Shown: positions 48,004 through 63,536, counted from the stretch's first letter. The stretch: 64,000 nt of DNA from Paraspadella gotoi (GCA_051294375.1 JBJCIZ010000239.1:7006852-7070851), one strand, 5' to 3'. Numbers and translations are program-made. Notes: generated by a model not told the origin, from the letters alone.

Positions 48004-51000
48004 TGTGTCTGGATCCTCCAGTTCACAATGGCACTGAATCGTCGTGGTTCTTCACGTTCAAAGAGCGAAGGGTTAATTCGGGAATATTTCCTTCTCTTCG
48101 GTAGACGTTGCTCCTTTGTTTTTTGGTTTTGCTCCTTTGTTTTTTTTTGTTTTGCTCCTTTGTTTTTTTTGTTTTTTTTGTTTTGCTCTTTTGCTTTTTT
48201 GTTTGGCTCCTTTTTTTGTTTTGCTCCTTTGTTTTTTTTGTTTTGCTCCTTTGTTTTATTCTTTATTGTTTTTGTCTTTTGCCTTTTTTAATATTATCCA
48301 ATTTATTTTATCTAATAAATTTATTATTTATTTTATTTCTCATTATAATTAGTTTTTTTTGTTTTGTCTTTTTTTAAATTATTATTATTTTTTTTTTAAT
48401 TTTTTTTTGGTTATTCTTGGATTGCTTTTTTTGTGACCCGAGATCCATCGATGCCAGCTCTATATTTTGAGCTTTAGCCTTTCGACATTTTTTGTTTTAT
48501 TGTTTTAATGATATACTCCTTCTTTAATGTCAATGATATCTTACTGTTATTCTCATTCCATTCTTAAACGCNNNNNNNNNNNNNNNNNNNNNNNNNNNNN
48601 NNNNNNNNNNNNNNNNNNNNNNNNNNNNNNNNNNNNNNNNNNNNNNNNNNNNNNNNNNNNNNNNNNNNNNNNNNNNNNNNNNNNNNNNNNNNNNNNNNNN
48701 NNNNNNNNNNNNNNNNNNNNNNNNNNNNNNNNNNNNNNNNNNNNNNNNNNNNNNNNNNNNNNNNNNNNNNNNNNNNNNNNNNNNNNNNNNNNNNNNNNNN
48801 NNNNNNNNNNNNNNNNNNNNNNNNNNNNNNNNNNNNNNNNNNNNNNNNNNNNNNNNNNNNNNNNNNNNNNNNNNNNNNNNNNNNNNNNNNNNNNNNNNNN
48901 NNNNNNNNNNNNNNNNNNNNNNNNNNNNNNNNNNNNNNNNNNNNNNNNNNNNNNNNNNNNNNNNNNNNNNNNNNNNNNNNNNNNNNNNNNNNNNNAGGTC
49001 CGTCCGTGGAATTGGGTAAGGCATCCGAGGGTAAGTGTTGGTTCGAGTCCAACTCGTAAATTAAAAAGGATCTCTTTTTGTAGTTGGGAGAGAATCGATT
49101 TGAGTTTGTCTGGCTTTGTTGAATATTTGAACGAATTGTGGGGTAATTGTATAACGGTATTAATTGTTATTGTAATAATTGTAATAATTGTAATTCCGCC
49201 ATCTAATACTTTAGAAATTTTTTTTTTCAAACAATTGAAACAATATTTGATATATTATACATATATATTAAATATTATATATTATATATTAAATTAATGA
49301 TAGGGAAGCCAGTCGCAAGATAGCTCATTTTTTTCTATATTGGTTGTACTAATTTTATATGCAGAGACAACCCCGAAATTTCTCCTTGGCAGAATTAATG
49401 TTTAATTCGTTGGGATCTGGTTTTAAAATTTGAGGTAGAAAATGAATTGTTAATTTGTTTGTTAACATACAACAACTTTTATTATGAAACAAATTTCGGA
49501 CGTGTTTCGACTTTAATGTCGTCCGAAACATGTCCGAAATTTATGTTTCATAATAAAAGTCGTATGTTAACAAACAATTCGTTTTCTACCTAAAACAAAT
49601 AACGCAACGAAAAGTAAAGAAAACAAAGAATGTTTTTAAAATTTAAATTTAATAAATTTAAATTTAAATGACCCCCATCGATTTATTAATCGTAATTTAT
49701 TAATTTATTAATTCATCAATGTTTGACCGGAGACACTTTTCGGATTGGGTTGGTCCTCGTCAGATGGAACGATTCCGACCAATTGGTTCCCGCCAACGCG
49801 CGTCGTCTCCTTTGCAATGGATGCCCCCCGTTGCAACGAAATGGTTCAAAGGAAAAAATCGCGCTCTTTCTGCTTGGGTTGCGGCTGGCAATGTTCCAGG
49901 TAGCGACTGGTATCATCCGAATGGCAATTGGCGGATCGAGATGGTAGACGGTAATCGGTAATGGTTATTTTTCCATGAAATTGGTACAACCAATATAAAA
50001 ATTATCCATTCATTTAATAAATAAGCTATCTTGCCCCTGACTTTGGACAGGCTTTGGTGGTTTAAGGCCTCCATCACTCTTACAAGATAATTACATAGCA
50101 GGTCCCTGCAAGCTTTCAATCAAGACTCTCTCACAGTCCCGTTTATTCCCTTTTACTGCCAAATAAGGTTTTACCATTTAAGAGTAATTTTTTGAATTTT
50201 CATTTCTGTCCATGTTTCATACTGTTTCCTACTGGTTTCATACTTAAGTAACTACGTGAAAAGACCGTTAACGCCAATCCTTGCTTTGCTTTTATGCTTT
50301 GTCACGCATGCTACGTTAAACTTCACGTGGCGTGAAATTAGGACGTAGAGTGTCAACACAAATGCCACGTCTTGCTCCCTGTTCGAATCCCATGTGAATT
50401 ATTCCATATAATGTTACGTCAAATGTCACGACTATTGTCACGTATGATGCCCCTTAGCCACCCTACCTCTTCTTTTACCCTTCACCCCCAAGTATGTTTT
50501 CCTCTAAAACTGCGCGGCGCACCCCTGGCGTTGGGGTCGAGGGGACAATTTTTTTAACAATGAGGGAGACACTACAATCATATTCCCCTGGGGGACAGAA
50601 ATTGATACACCCCCTGGATTGCATTATATTTTTTATAGTTTATTAATATTAGAGAATAAAATTTGATTTAAATCAATAGTAATATCTATATAATGAATTG
50701 AAATATTTAAATCAACAATTAGAAGAGAGTTCGAATTTGGTTTAGCAACGATTTATTTTAGCAATAATTGGGACATGTTTCGACTTTGTATTTCAAATCT
50801 TCATCAGCACCTTAAAATATATTATTTTGAGTACTACTTTAAGATAAATAAAATTTAATTTTTTTTCAAAAATAACCGGAACTCACCGATGCCGAGAGGA
50901 CAACGACGTCCAATTGACTCCGCTCTCCGGCGCCGGAGCCGCCGCCGAGAACGCCACCCGGCGCCGAGCCACGCCCCTTTCCGGTTTTGGCCGAGGCGCC

Positions 51001-51934
51001 GCCGTTGACGTAAATCTCGTCGTAGTCGAACCCGAACTCGTTCTCGGCGAGACACTTGTACACGCCGAAGTCCCTGGCGGAGAGATTTTTTCGAATTTTA
51101 TATAAGTTATTTAGCTACTTTCGAAACATTCATTAATTTAAAAAAAAACGATAGTAAATTTTGGTGGGTCGAGTCCTTGTAAAATGTTTTTAAGTATAAC
51201 TTATTTTAATCGTTAAAATAGCCATAGTTGATGATTTTTTTTATTCGAATAATTAACATTGAATGATAAAAATATTGAAAGGTTGGGGCTAAGAAAGTAC
51301 TTAGTACTTAGTTCTCACCCTCAGCAAATTCAAAATCCCAACCAGCCCCACCCTATTCCTTATAACGAATTTCTCGACTCGCGTTTTTTCTGACTATTAA
51401 ATCTGCTGCTTAAAGCATTAAGGTGTTTCATACAGTTAATTAACCGCACGCTTTTATACTCTGGCGGTTCAAGCGAAAACACACCCACTCTCTCTCTCTC
51501 TCTCTCTCTCGCTGTCTTTCTCTATTTCTCTCTCTCTTTCTGCATAATCGTTTGACTGTTCGAATCTCCTTTTCCTCTTCCTCCTCCTCCTGCTCCTCCT
51601 CCTCCTCCCCCGAGATCTTTGATCTAGTCAAGACTTGAAAGCAATGAAAAGCAAAAAAAAGCAAAAAAAAAAAAGCAAAACGGATGATGTGAAAAAGATA
51701 TAAATGCGTAAAAAACAAGAACGGAGATTCCAATGTGTATTGCGCCTCAAGGACTTTGTTATTTATGTTCAACACCCATCGCATCGGAGGGCGTCTTTTA
51801 TTCTTTATAGGATTTAATTAAAAACAAAAGGAGGCGCTAGCAGTCGCTTAGTTTCGAGGTTCTCTTCATGTCAGAAAAAATAACAAAAGATCTACCAAAG
51901 AGCATTATAATGCAAGTGGGACAGACAGACAGAA

Positions 51935-52005
<71 letters not shown>

Positions 52006-52978
52006 TGCAGCGCTCAACTCACCTGTTGGTAAGGTTGTCTAGCCTCAGAGTGGGTCCGTGATTCTTTTGGGTAAGGGCGATTGCTTTGAAGGTGGGGCTC
52101 GCTCCGTTCTCGATCCGCGGGCGCCGTCTGTTGGCGCCATCCACCTCTCTGTTTTGGTGGGGGGGGGATTAGACCGTTAGATGGGGTTGGATGGCGTCGC
52201 GGGCTTGAGAATTGGCGGAAGAATTCAGAGTTGGGGATTAGTTTCTTTATTAGTGGAGATTGTATTGAAAAACATTGAGCGCTTTGCTGTAACCTAATTT
52301 ATACCTTGTAGATATCACGAGGCGAAGCCATTTCGCTATCAAAGGAGAGAATCAACCCAATTCGCATCATTTTATAAATAAAATAATCAGAGCTCAAACA
52401 GAACCAGTTCAGTGAGATAGAGCTGTACAAATTTTCAATGATTAGAAATATAATTCATTTCAAAAAATTACAAAATATTTCATCATGTTACCTAATGTCT
52501 CCTGGGCAGACTCCTAAAGTTAAAAGTTTATTTGCGCTTTTATACTTCTTAATATATAAATAGACCAATTGAAATGATTTTCAACTTTTGAGAATACGGC
52601 CAATAACTGAACGAGAAATAAGTTACAACCAATCCAAGCAAAGAACCGAGGACGAGATTGAGTATTAAAGTAACTAACGAGTTATAACGTTAATCGAATT
52701 CTATATAAAACCAAATAATAATTTCGAAAATTAATGAAAATATTTACAAACTATTAACAATTGAGCATTTACTTTTTTCCCTTTGTTTTATGATTCCTTT
52801 CCTAAGTATTTTCTGTTATTTTATTCTCATTTTTGATATTATTTTTTTAAATTTCTGATTTAGTCAAAGTCTAAGCTTTTAAGTTAATGGTATTGTTTAA
52901 ATAAAAGGAAAACACTATGACTTATGAACGAAAGAGAAAAAATGAACAACAAAGAGAGAGAGGGAGAGAGAGAGAGAG

Positions 52979-53012
<34 letters not shown>

Positions 53013-53296
53013 CGAGAGAGAGAAAGAGAGAGTTTTTATTCGCCGCGAGCAAAGATGAAAAACGCGTCTGATGATAATAAATGCAACGAAATTTTTTCTC
53101 TCTCTCTCTCTTTTTCTCTGTCTCTCTCTCTTTTTCTCTCTTCCTCCTTATCTCTTTCTTTCTTTCTTTCTTTATTTCTTTATTTCTTTATTTCTTTCTT
53201 TCTTTCTTTCTCTTCTTCTCTTTCTACTCACTCTTTCCCTTCTCAGGCAAAAGATGCCGTGAGTTGAAGGAGAGATGGGAAAAGTAAGAATGATGA

Positions 53297-53335
<39 letters not shown>
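46725..53335 (-). repeat. Inverted copy of ~39875-46498 (independent error profile, 226-bp spacer)
   Basis: Reverse-complement match throughout; contains Ig exon E at 50887-51073 and exon D at 52023-52148 on the - strand. Confidence 0.95.
50887..51073 (-). CDS. Ig exon E, inverted duplicate (best-quality reading)
   Basis: ctccgccag|g GAC TTC GGC GTG TAC AAG TGT ... TCG|gtgagt; uninterrupted frame. Confidence 0.8.
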
Positions 53336-53360
53336 NNNNNNNNNNNNNNNNNNNNNNNNN

Positions 53361-55243
53361 TTTAATTAGTGAACATGAGTAGACATTAAGTTTAATAAAA
53401 AAAAAGAATTTTATGTTTTTTTTTAAAAATTTTTCGGGCAGTAGGCATATATATTCATCAAAATTTCAAAATAGGCTTTGCTTAATTCTTATGGCTAGAT
53501 TTAAAGTTTTTCATCAAAAGTTAATAAAGAAAATAAATAACATTATAGTGGGTTAAAAAAAGTTAAAAACAGTAATTCAACATATAAAATTTAAATTGTT
53601 CAGCTTAAAATATATAGTTTTTTAAAAATGAATTTTGGAACCGACTTAATTAAAGACTTTTTTTAATTTTTTTACTGAAATAACGCATTTTGAAATTTGT
53701 AAATATATTATAGAGTTTATTAATAAGGTATACATGTAGGCTACTGCATAATTTAAAAAAAAATATATTAAATCATTTTTTAGTTGATTAGAGAAGTACA
53801 AGGTTTCATTCATCACTTTTAAAATTTTTATTAAAGTTAAATTTAGATTTTTACAAACGCTCTAAAGTAGGGGGGGCCGGCGGATGTACGGAAGGGTGTT
53901 GGAGGATCTTGGATGTTGAATGGAGGGGGTTGTGGGAATTGAGGGGGGTGTGGGCAAGGGGGGCGGGAGAGTAGAGCGAAAAGTGAAAAAGTCAATCTTT
54001 TGGGAGGACATGAAAGTATAAATTGTTTTCTCGACGGGATTTCCTCTCGAATTGTTTCCGATTTCGAAATATCCTCCCTCGTTTTCCCGCACACACACGA
54101 CCACTGTACCACTCACGACATCCAAAAAAAATATTGATGCTAAAAACGACAATTTTTTTAACGCAAACCAAACTCTGGAAAGAGAGCCCCCAGTTTTTTA
54201 AAAATTCAGAATTAATTTAATATTTTTTAAATTAAAAGATAGGTTAAGAGTTAGGCTAGTGATTGGATAAGAGATTTGGTGCAGTGATCTAGGATTAAGG
54301 TTAGAGATTAGGGTTACTTAATTAGGGATAATGGTTTTGGATTAGGGAAATGGGATTAGGGTTAATAGATTTGGTGATAATTGTAAGTATAATTTAAATT
54401 AATATTAAAGTTTTGGAAAAGGAGAAAGTAGAAGCAAAAACTAATTAAAAAACGGTTTTTCTTACACCTCAATTGGTTAGCTGGTAACTTACTGTAAACA
54501 CAAGTTATGAAACAGAACTAAGGGGGAGGCCAGTCTCAACGCACGAATGGGTCAAGGAATATTATTAGGCCCAAGAAAGAAGGTCCTTCCGAATTTCTTT
54601 TATAAGCTTTAATGAAATTTTTTTAATAAAAATAATAAAAAATCGATATTAACATAGAAATGAAATTTGTTTCTAGATTCAAATCACGACCTTATCAATT
54701 TTCAATGATATTTTTCGATGACACGATTAAAATCTGATTACGAAATGTTTTTTTTTCAGTTGCGAAGCAATCTTTATAAGTCACTTTGGAATCTGTCTGT
54801 CGGTCGATCAGTCGGTCGGTCAGTCGCATCGGTTGATTGTTTTGATTGATTGGCACTGGCGCTGTCCCAACTATAAACCAATCACATTAAATTGTAAAAT
54901 AATGCAGAACAAAATCGCACCAAGCTTCAATGTCATATAATGCGAAATCAAATCAATCAATCAGATTCAAATCAATCAATGCAATCAATAAAATCTAATT
55001 CCAAATCCAATTCACTCAAATCCCCCGGCCTCTTCCACCCAGGCCCTTTTCAAGTCCGCCTCCGGCACGAGCTTCGCCTCCAGTGCATCGCCTCCGGAAA
55101 TCCTCGTCCGCGGATTCATGTGGGTGACGCCGCACTTACGAATTCGTTGGAAGGGAGGTCCTCGTTCAAGAAAAACATCTCCGAGATGGATTTGGGTCAG
55201 GAGAGATTTATTTTCTTTTTTTTTTTTTTTTGTTTTTATTTTT

Positions 55244-55291
<48 letters not shown>

Positions 55292-55431
55292 TTGGATTTA
55301 TTGATTTTATTGATTTATTGATTGATTGATTGATTTATTTATTTATTTATTTATTTTTTAATTTTTTATTTTTTTATTTTATTTATTTATTTAGTTTTTT
55401 TTATTTATTTTATTTTTTTATTTTTTTATTT

Positions 55432-55463
<32 letters not shown>

Positions 55464-58400
55464 TTATATTTATTTTGTTTATTTTTTTATTTTTTATGTT
55501 ATTTATTTATTTATTATATTTTTTTTTATTTTTTTTATTTTTTCTTTTTATTTATTTATTTAATTGATTTATTTAATTGATTTTTATTTATTTATTTTTT
55601 ATTTATTTATTTATTTAATTGTTTTTTTTTGGATTGTTTTAGAATTTTATTTTTCTTTTCCTTTTTAAGATTCTTTTTTTGTTTGAACCTTTGAAAGACT
55701 TACTTTAAATTTCTTTACAGCTGAAATCTTTTACTAAAAATCAACATCAATGTTAGGGAGTTTAGGCTAAATATTAAAAAAAAACAGAAAAAACCGAAAA
55801 ACAAAACCGAGACCCTTTGTCTTTTGAAGATATGCAGACAAGTAAGGCGTCGGAAAGAATTGGAAGAAAACAGAGTAGCATTTAAAAATGTATGTAGGAG
55901 AAGTTTTGAAAGGAAGAAAAGCAAAGAATGAATATAACGAGACGGAGAGAAATAGTAGAGGAAGTATAAGAAATGCTGTTGCCGATGTCGTTTGTGATGG
56001 CACGGAGCGGCTGTTCCGACAGTCGAGATTTTCTTTTATTTTAAGGAGAAGGGGGATGGTTTAGGTAAGAAAAATACATTTACGTTTAGTAATTACAATG
56101 GGCCTTATTTTTCTCAAGAACGCTCATTTATTTTAAAATTTTTGTATTGAAATACATTTTTTTTCTGTTTAAATATTGGGTTTAAAGTTTAGGGTCATAA
56201 ACATGCCAATGAAAATGATACAAATATTGCAGAGGGGATGAAGCAGAGAAGAGAGAGAGTGAGAGGAGAGAGAGAGATTTGATTGGATAGAGTAGAAAAT
56301 AGACTAACAAAATAAAAATAACGATTTTATTCCTTTTTTTTTTCACCGCCAGGCGAATATAGCGCTGCGAGCCCGCAGTCTGCTCGGGCAAAAGACGCCA
56401 AGAGCGCTCTGTCATCAACCACTGAGACTGGAAGGCGGCGGGCGGCCGGAACGACGCGGGCAGCCGCGGCGGCGGCGCAGCGGCGTCAAAGTACGGCCAA
56501 TTCGGGCGGGGACCCCGAAGTTCGACGAAGACTTTTAACGGACGCGATGGCGCAACGACGTTCGGTATTCCTGTCGTCGCAGCGGAATAAAAATGATCGG
56601 GACTCCAAAGGTGGGTTCTCTTTTCCGAAAGCGGACCCATTTTCGGGAATTAAGTTTTCTGTTTAATAGTCGAACAATTAGGTGAGGGTACTTGAAGGGG
56701 CAGGGCAGGAGGGTTAGGGATTAGGATAGGAAATTGGTTAGAGTTTTGGTCAAGGATTGATTAAATTTTTAGGGAAAAATAATTAGAGCAAAATATTAAG
56801 GCGGCAGCGGCGGTGTGGCGGCAGTGGCAGGTGGCAGCGGGCAGCGGCGCGGCTACTTCGCTGAGAACTAATTAAGGAAAGGAGTCTTTATGTTTATGCA
56901 TCATTTTTCGATAAAAGAAAAATGGCGACGAGGACGAAAAAGATGACGACAGTACGGCCGACAATGAAAGAAGATACTACAACCATCGTCGTAAACGGAG
57001 AATTCGATTATAAATTCATGACGATTTTTTTTTTCTTGATTATTTCGAGAAAAACCAACCAGTTGATTGGGATGGGTTGATTGTTGGTGGTTTCGGACGG
57101 TTGGTTTGATTTTGTTGAATGCTTAGTTTGTTAGTAAAGTTGGTTGGTTGGTTAGTTTAATTGATTGATTTTGTTGGTTTTGGTTGGTTTGGTTGGTTGA
57201 CTAAAGAGTTAGATTGGTTGGTGGGTAGTTAGTTTTGTTGGTAGCAGTCACTTGCTTTGATTGCTTGTTGGTTTTGTTAGTATGTTAGTTGGTTGGGTGA
57301 TCGGTTTATGTGTTGTTTGAATTGGTTGGTTGGGTAAACGAATTAATTGGTGAGTTAGTTTGGTTTTTTGAAATGTGGTCAGTAAGAGAACGAATTGATC
57401 GAATTGTTGGTAAGATTGGTATGATTGGCTTGGTTGGTTATTTGGTGTGTTGTTTGACTGGTTGGTTGGTTTGTTAGTTTTTCTGAGGGTCGGTGGGGGT
57501 TATCAGTTACATAACAAGTTCCTCCATCCAAGTCGCCATTTTATTCTCCCGCCATCGACGTCAACGCATCTTTTATTATCCGCGTCGACGTCAATGCATT
57601 CTTTTTATTTCCCGCCGTCGACGGTCAACGCCATCTTTTATTCTCTACCCGCCATCGACAGTCAACGCCATCTTTTATTCTCCCGCCGTCGACGTCAATG
57701 CCATCTTTTTATTTTCCCGCCGTCCGACGTCAACCGCCATCTTTATTCTCCCGCTGTCGATGTCAATGCCATCTTTTATTCTCCCGCCATCACGTCAACG
57801 CCATCTTTTTATTGCTCCGCATCTTTTATTATCCCGCCGTCGACGATCAACGCCATCTTTTATTCTCCCGCCGTCGCCGTCAACGCCATCTTTGATTTCA
57901 CCTTCTTGAAACGCGATTCCTTTTAATCTCGAACGGCGGCGGAAAAGGTGAAAGGGAAATTCGTCAATATTAAGGGAGGGGGGAGAATTAAGGAGAAATA
58001 AAAAAAGAGGGAATAAAATAAAGTAAAAAAAAGAAGAAAAAAAGAAAAAGAAAACAAAATTAAATGTACAAGTCTTCAATTTTTAAAAGACTTAAAATTG
58101 ACGAATAAAAAAAAGATATTGAACTAAAAGGTGAATTAAAATCAGTATATTCTACAAAAACTCAAGTTTTATTTATTTTATTTATTTATTTATATCTTTT
58201 TTCTCCCCTTCTTCTTTTTTCCATTTTTTGCTTTCGCTCTCTCTTTCTTTCTCTGTCTCTCTTTCTTTTCTCTGTCTGTCTGTTCTCTTATCTCTCTCTC
58301 TCTCTCTTCCCTCCTCTCTCTCTCTTCTCTCTCTTCTCTCTCTCTCTCTCTCGCCTCAACCCCACCAAAATCAACCCAGCATATTTTTCCTCGTCTTTCT

Positions 58401-58477
58401 TTCATTTTCCAAGTCTCTCTCTCACTCTCTCTCTCTCTCTCTCTATCTACCTATCTATCTATCTATCTATTATCTAT

Positions 58478-58529
<52 letters not shown>

Positions 58530-59020
58530 ATCTATCTCTCTTTCTCACCTCATCTAAAGGAAATTCTATCATTTTTCTCTCCATTTTCTTTGCGGAATAC
58601 GTTTTAAAAAGTCTCTCTCTCTCTCACTCTCTCTCTCTTTCTCTCTCTCTATCTTTCTCTATCTCTCTTCTCTCTCTCTCTCATTAATTTGTTAAAAAAC
58701 CCTTCAACTTGGTCGAGAGGAGATTCTATCTTTTCTTTCTTTTTCTTTTCTTTTTTTTTTTTTCTTTTTTCTTTTCACCCCCCCCCCCCGCATTCTTTAT
58801 AAAATAAAAAGCGAGAGAAAATTTTTCTTTTTTTTTCACCTCGGAATTTATTATTTTTTATTCTCCTCCTCCTCTTCCTCTTCCTCCTCCTCCTCCTTCA
58901 GCTCGGCGAACCCTCATCCTCCATGGCAAAGTAACCGGAAATCCTTCATTCCAACTTACGTGGATTGGACCCGACGCACAACTAGTGTTGAAGGTAAAGG
59001 GAGGGAGGGAGAGAGAGAAT

Positions 59021-59086
<66 letters not shown>

Positions 59087-60492
59087 CGAAGAGAAGGAGA
59101 ATGGGATGTACACCATGAAATAGGATTTCAATTTTTAGATGGAAAAAAAAAATGGGAAAAAGCCGTTTGAAAGAAGGATTGAAGAAAAAAAGCCCTATTT
59201 CACCAAAGAACGTGGCAAATTCTATTCAGATTATAATATATTAGCAATGAGTTAGTTTAATAAGAATGAGCAGGAAAAAGATTGATTTTTTCACAACAAA
59301 TTTTTTATTAATATTGTTTAATACAGGTTTTGAAATAGCATTTATATTCTTTTAGTTGTAAAGGCAATTTGACTGATGAAAGAAATAAAAATTGTTTATT
59401 GTATGTAAACAATATTAAAAAAATAAAATATTATTAATAAAAATCAATCTTTTCCTCATCTAAATTCAACCAACAAAATGAGAAAAAAAAACAAACAAAA
59501 AAAGAGAATAAAAAAAATAGTTGAATAAAGTGAATAAGTGAATAAATAATTGTTATACTCAAAATAATATTTATAAAAACATATTTAAAAATTAATAAAA
59601 AGCATTATTAAATTAAAAATTTAAATAAAAATTTATTACAAAATATCAGAAAATGTTCAAAATTATTTCCCTTACTATCAATCATTAATTCATCCAGTGC
59701 TTTTGCTATTTTATCCCCATTCCTCCCCCTGTCTCTCTCTCTCTCTCTCTCTTCTCTCTCTTTTCTCTTCTCTCTCTCTCGGTCTCTCGCTCTCTCTCTC
59801 TCTCTCTTCTGTCTCTCTCTTCTCTCCTTCCGTCATCTCCAAAGAATTAACCTTTCTCAAATTCTGTTTAAACAACTACCCTTAAGCCCCTTTTCATTTC
59901 GGTCCAATTTTTCTAAAACGTTTCCGGATTCAGTTAAATTCATAATTAAATTATTTTTTAGGTTTTAAAAAAATTAGGTTTTTCCCAAAGGATTAAGGTT
60001 AGGGATTAAGCTTTTGAGGTTAAGAAATTTGAGGATTAGGGTTTAGGATTAAAGAATAAAAATCAGGGATAAGATTAGTGAACTAAGTTAAGGATAATGT
60101 TTAAGGTTAAGGATTAGAATAAATGGTCGCTTTCCATAAAATAGTGCCCATCCCCCCCCTTTTCGTTCGCTCTCAGTTTCATTTTTTTTTTTCTCTTCCT
60201 GCTCGCCGTCAACCCGGTCTCGCTGCTCCTTTTGTCTGTTTTTTTTCGTTTATTTAAATCCCGTTGTTCTTTTGTCGTCCTACGCCCTCTTTTTGTCGTC
60301 GACGGATGCTCTCTTTCTCATTCTTTATATGCCCCCGCCCTATTTTTTTTTGTTCATTCGCGGGGTTGTTTCTTTTTTTTTCTTCGCCCTCCGCTCGCAG
60401 CGTCCTTTATGGGGCCTTGTCATTTTGTCATTTTGTCACTCGCTTGAAAGCTCTTAAAGAACCGTCAGGTTGAATAATACTCGCTCTCTCTT

Positions 60493-60542
<50 letters not shown>

Positions 60543-61006
60543 TCTCATAATTTTAAGGTTTTGTCGGGCTCAGAGGATGGATTTGAAAAGGATATTTTTA
60601 TTTGAAATTTTTCGGTTTAAAATGAGATTCTTTATTTTCCGATTAAAACTTTTTTCATCGGATTACTCGTTATTTTGCCAATATTTTCATAATCGATCTT
60701 AATTTTGATAAAAAGTAATAAAATTTTATTTTTATATTTATTTTTATTAAGGTTTAACTTTTCTCTGTATTATATCACAAATTATTATTTTTTTTAAAAT
60801 CAACTCATTCTTCACCTTCTACATTTCTCCTTCACTCTGTCTATTTTTAGCCCAATAGAAAGTCTGTATTTCTCGGAAACTGAGTAAGTTGGTCTGTCAG
60901 TCTTTTTTTTGTCTACTTGGGATCGTTATTTCGCTCGTTCCATGGTTCTAAAAAAAGTCTCCTTGGAGAGAAGAGTGAGAGATGAGAGAGATGAGAGAAG
61001 AGAGAC

Positions 61007-61042
<36 letters not shown>

Positions 61043-61313
61043 GGAGAGATAGAGAAAGAGAGAGAGAAAAAAATATAAATAAAGAATAATTAGATCATTT
61101 TTAATATAAGATATTTATTAATGTTATTATATCAATTAATTCTTAATTCTTCGCCCTGGGCCGAGGCGGAGAATTTATATTTTCTACCGCCTTTAGGCGG
61201 GGCCTAAAAGAAAAGGTGCGGAATTATATCGTTTCGTGTTAAAGACATAATAAAATTTCCCTGATGACTCATAATCGTAGTTTTTCACTTTCAGTTAATT
61301 CTCTTGTTCTCTT

Positions 61314-61355
<42 letters not shown>
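53361..61355 (+). repeat. Third copy of 15833-~23718, including Ig exons A-C (55043-55195, 56353-56610, 58902-58993)
   Basis: Offset 37528; identical to ~59080, then indel-noisy; starts immediately after a 25-N gap with tttaattagtgaacatgag. Confidence 0.95.
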
Positions 61356-61390
<35 letters not shown>

Positions 61391-61627
61391 AGAGAATTAA
61401 CGAAAGTGAAAAACTACGATTATGAGTCATCAGGGAAATTTTATTATGTCTTTACACGAAACGATTAATTCCGCTGTCTTTAGCTAAAGCGTAGAAAATA
61501 TAAATTCTCCGCCTCGGCCCCAGGGCGAAGAATTAAGAATTAATTGATATATAACATTAATAAATATCTATATTAAAAATGATCTAATTATTCTTTTATT
61601 TATATTTTTTCTCTCTCTCTTTCTCTA

Positions 61628-61663
<36 letters not shown>

Positions 61664-62112
61664 CTCTCTTCTCTCATCTCTCTCTTCTCTCCCACTCCTC
61701 TCTCTCCAAGGAGACTTTTTTAGAACCATGGAACGAGCGAATAACGATCCCAAGTAGACAAAAAAAGACTGACAGACCAACTGACTCAGTTTCCGAGAAA
61801 TACAGACTTTTCATTGGGCTAAAAATAGAACAGAGTGAAGGAGAAATGGAAGGTGAAAGAATGAGTTGATTTTAAAAAAAATAATAATTGGATAAATACA
61901 GAGAAAAGTTAAACCTTAAAAAAATAAATATAAAATAAATTTATTACTTTTATCGAAAATTAAAGAACGATTATGAAAATATTGGCAAAATAACGAGTAT
62001 CCGATGAAAAAAGTTTTAAATCGGAAAATATAAAGAATCTCATTTTAAACGAAAAATTTCAATAAAAATATCCTTTTCAAATCCTATCCTCTTGAGCCCG
62101 ACAACCTTAAAA

Positions 62113-62158
<46 letters not shown>

Positions 62159-62886
62159 AAGAGAGGCGAGTTTATTATTCAACCTGACGGTTCTTAAGAG
62201 CTTTCAGCGAGTGACAAAATGACAAAATGACAAAGGCCCCATAAAGGCGCTGCGAGCGGAGGGCGAAGAAAAAAAAAGAACAACCCCGCGAATGAACAAA
62301 AAAAATAGGGCGGGGGCATATAAAAATGAGAAGAGAGCATCCGTCGAACGACAAAAGAGGGCGTAGGACGACAAAAGAACAACGGGATTTAATAAACGAG
62401 AAAAAACAGACAAAAGAGCAGCGAGACCGGGTTGACGGCGAGCAGGAAGAGAAAAAAAAAATGAAACTGAGAGCGACGAAGGGGGGGGGGATGGGCACTA
62501 TTTTATGGAAGCGACCATTTATTCTAATCCTTAACCTTAAACATTATCCTTAACTTTAGTCACTAATCCTTATCCCTGATTTTTATTCTTAATCCTAAAC
62601 CCTAATCCCTCATTTCTTAACCTCAAAGCTTAATCCCTAACCTTAATCCTTGACCTAATTTTTAAAACCTAAAAAATAATTTAATTATGAATTTAAACTG
62701 AAATCGGAAACTTTTAGAAAATTGGACCGAAATGAAAAGGGGTTAAGGGTAGTTGTTAAACAGAAATTTGAGAAGGTNNNNNNNNNNNNNNNNNNNNNNN
62801 NNNNNNNNNNNNNNNNNNNNNNNNNNNNNNNNNNNNNNNNNNNNNNNNNNNNNNNNNNNNNNNNNNNNNNNNNNNNNNNNNNNNNN

Positions 62887-62918
<32 letters not shown>

Positions 62919-63497
62919 TGGGAGGAATGGGGATAAAATAGCAAAAGCACTGGATGATTAATGATTGATAGTAAGGGAAATAATTTTGAACATTTTGTGA
63001 TATTTTGTAATAATTTTTATTTAAAATTTTTAATAATATGCTTTTTATTATTTTTAAATATTTGTTTTATAAATATTATTTTGAGTATAACAATTATTTA
63101 TTCACTTATTCACTTTATTCAACTATTTTTTTATTCTCTTTTTTTGTTTTGTTTTTTTTTCTCATTTTGTTGGTTGAATTTAGATGAGGAAAAGATTGAT
63201 TTTATTATAATAATTTTTTTAATATTGTTACATACAATAACATTTTTATTCTTCATCAGTCAAATTGCCTTTACACTAAAAGAATATAAATGCTATTCAA
63301 AACCTGTATGTAACAATATTAATAAAAATTTGTTGTGAAAAAATCAATCTTTTTCTCATTCTTATAAACTAACTTCATTGCTAATTTATAATCTGAAATT
63401 TGGCGTTTTGGGTAAATAGGGCTTTTTTCTTCATCCTTCTTTCAACGGCTTCCATTTTTTTTCCATCTAAAAATTGAAATCGCCTATTCATGGTGTA

Positions 63498-63536
<39 letters not shown>

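Noticed and set aside
17515-58993. Dscam-like tandem expansion of alternative Ig exons
   Set aside because: The copies are identical including errors and tied to 25-N gaps; there are no diverged exon variants.
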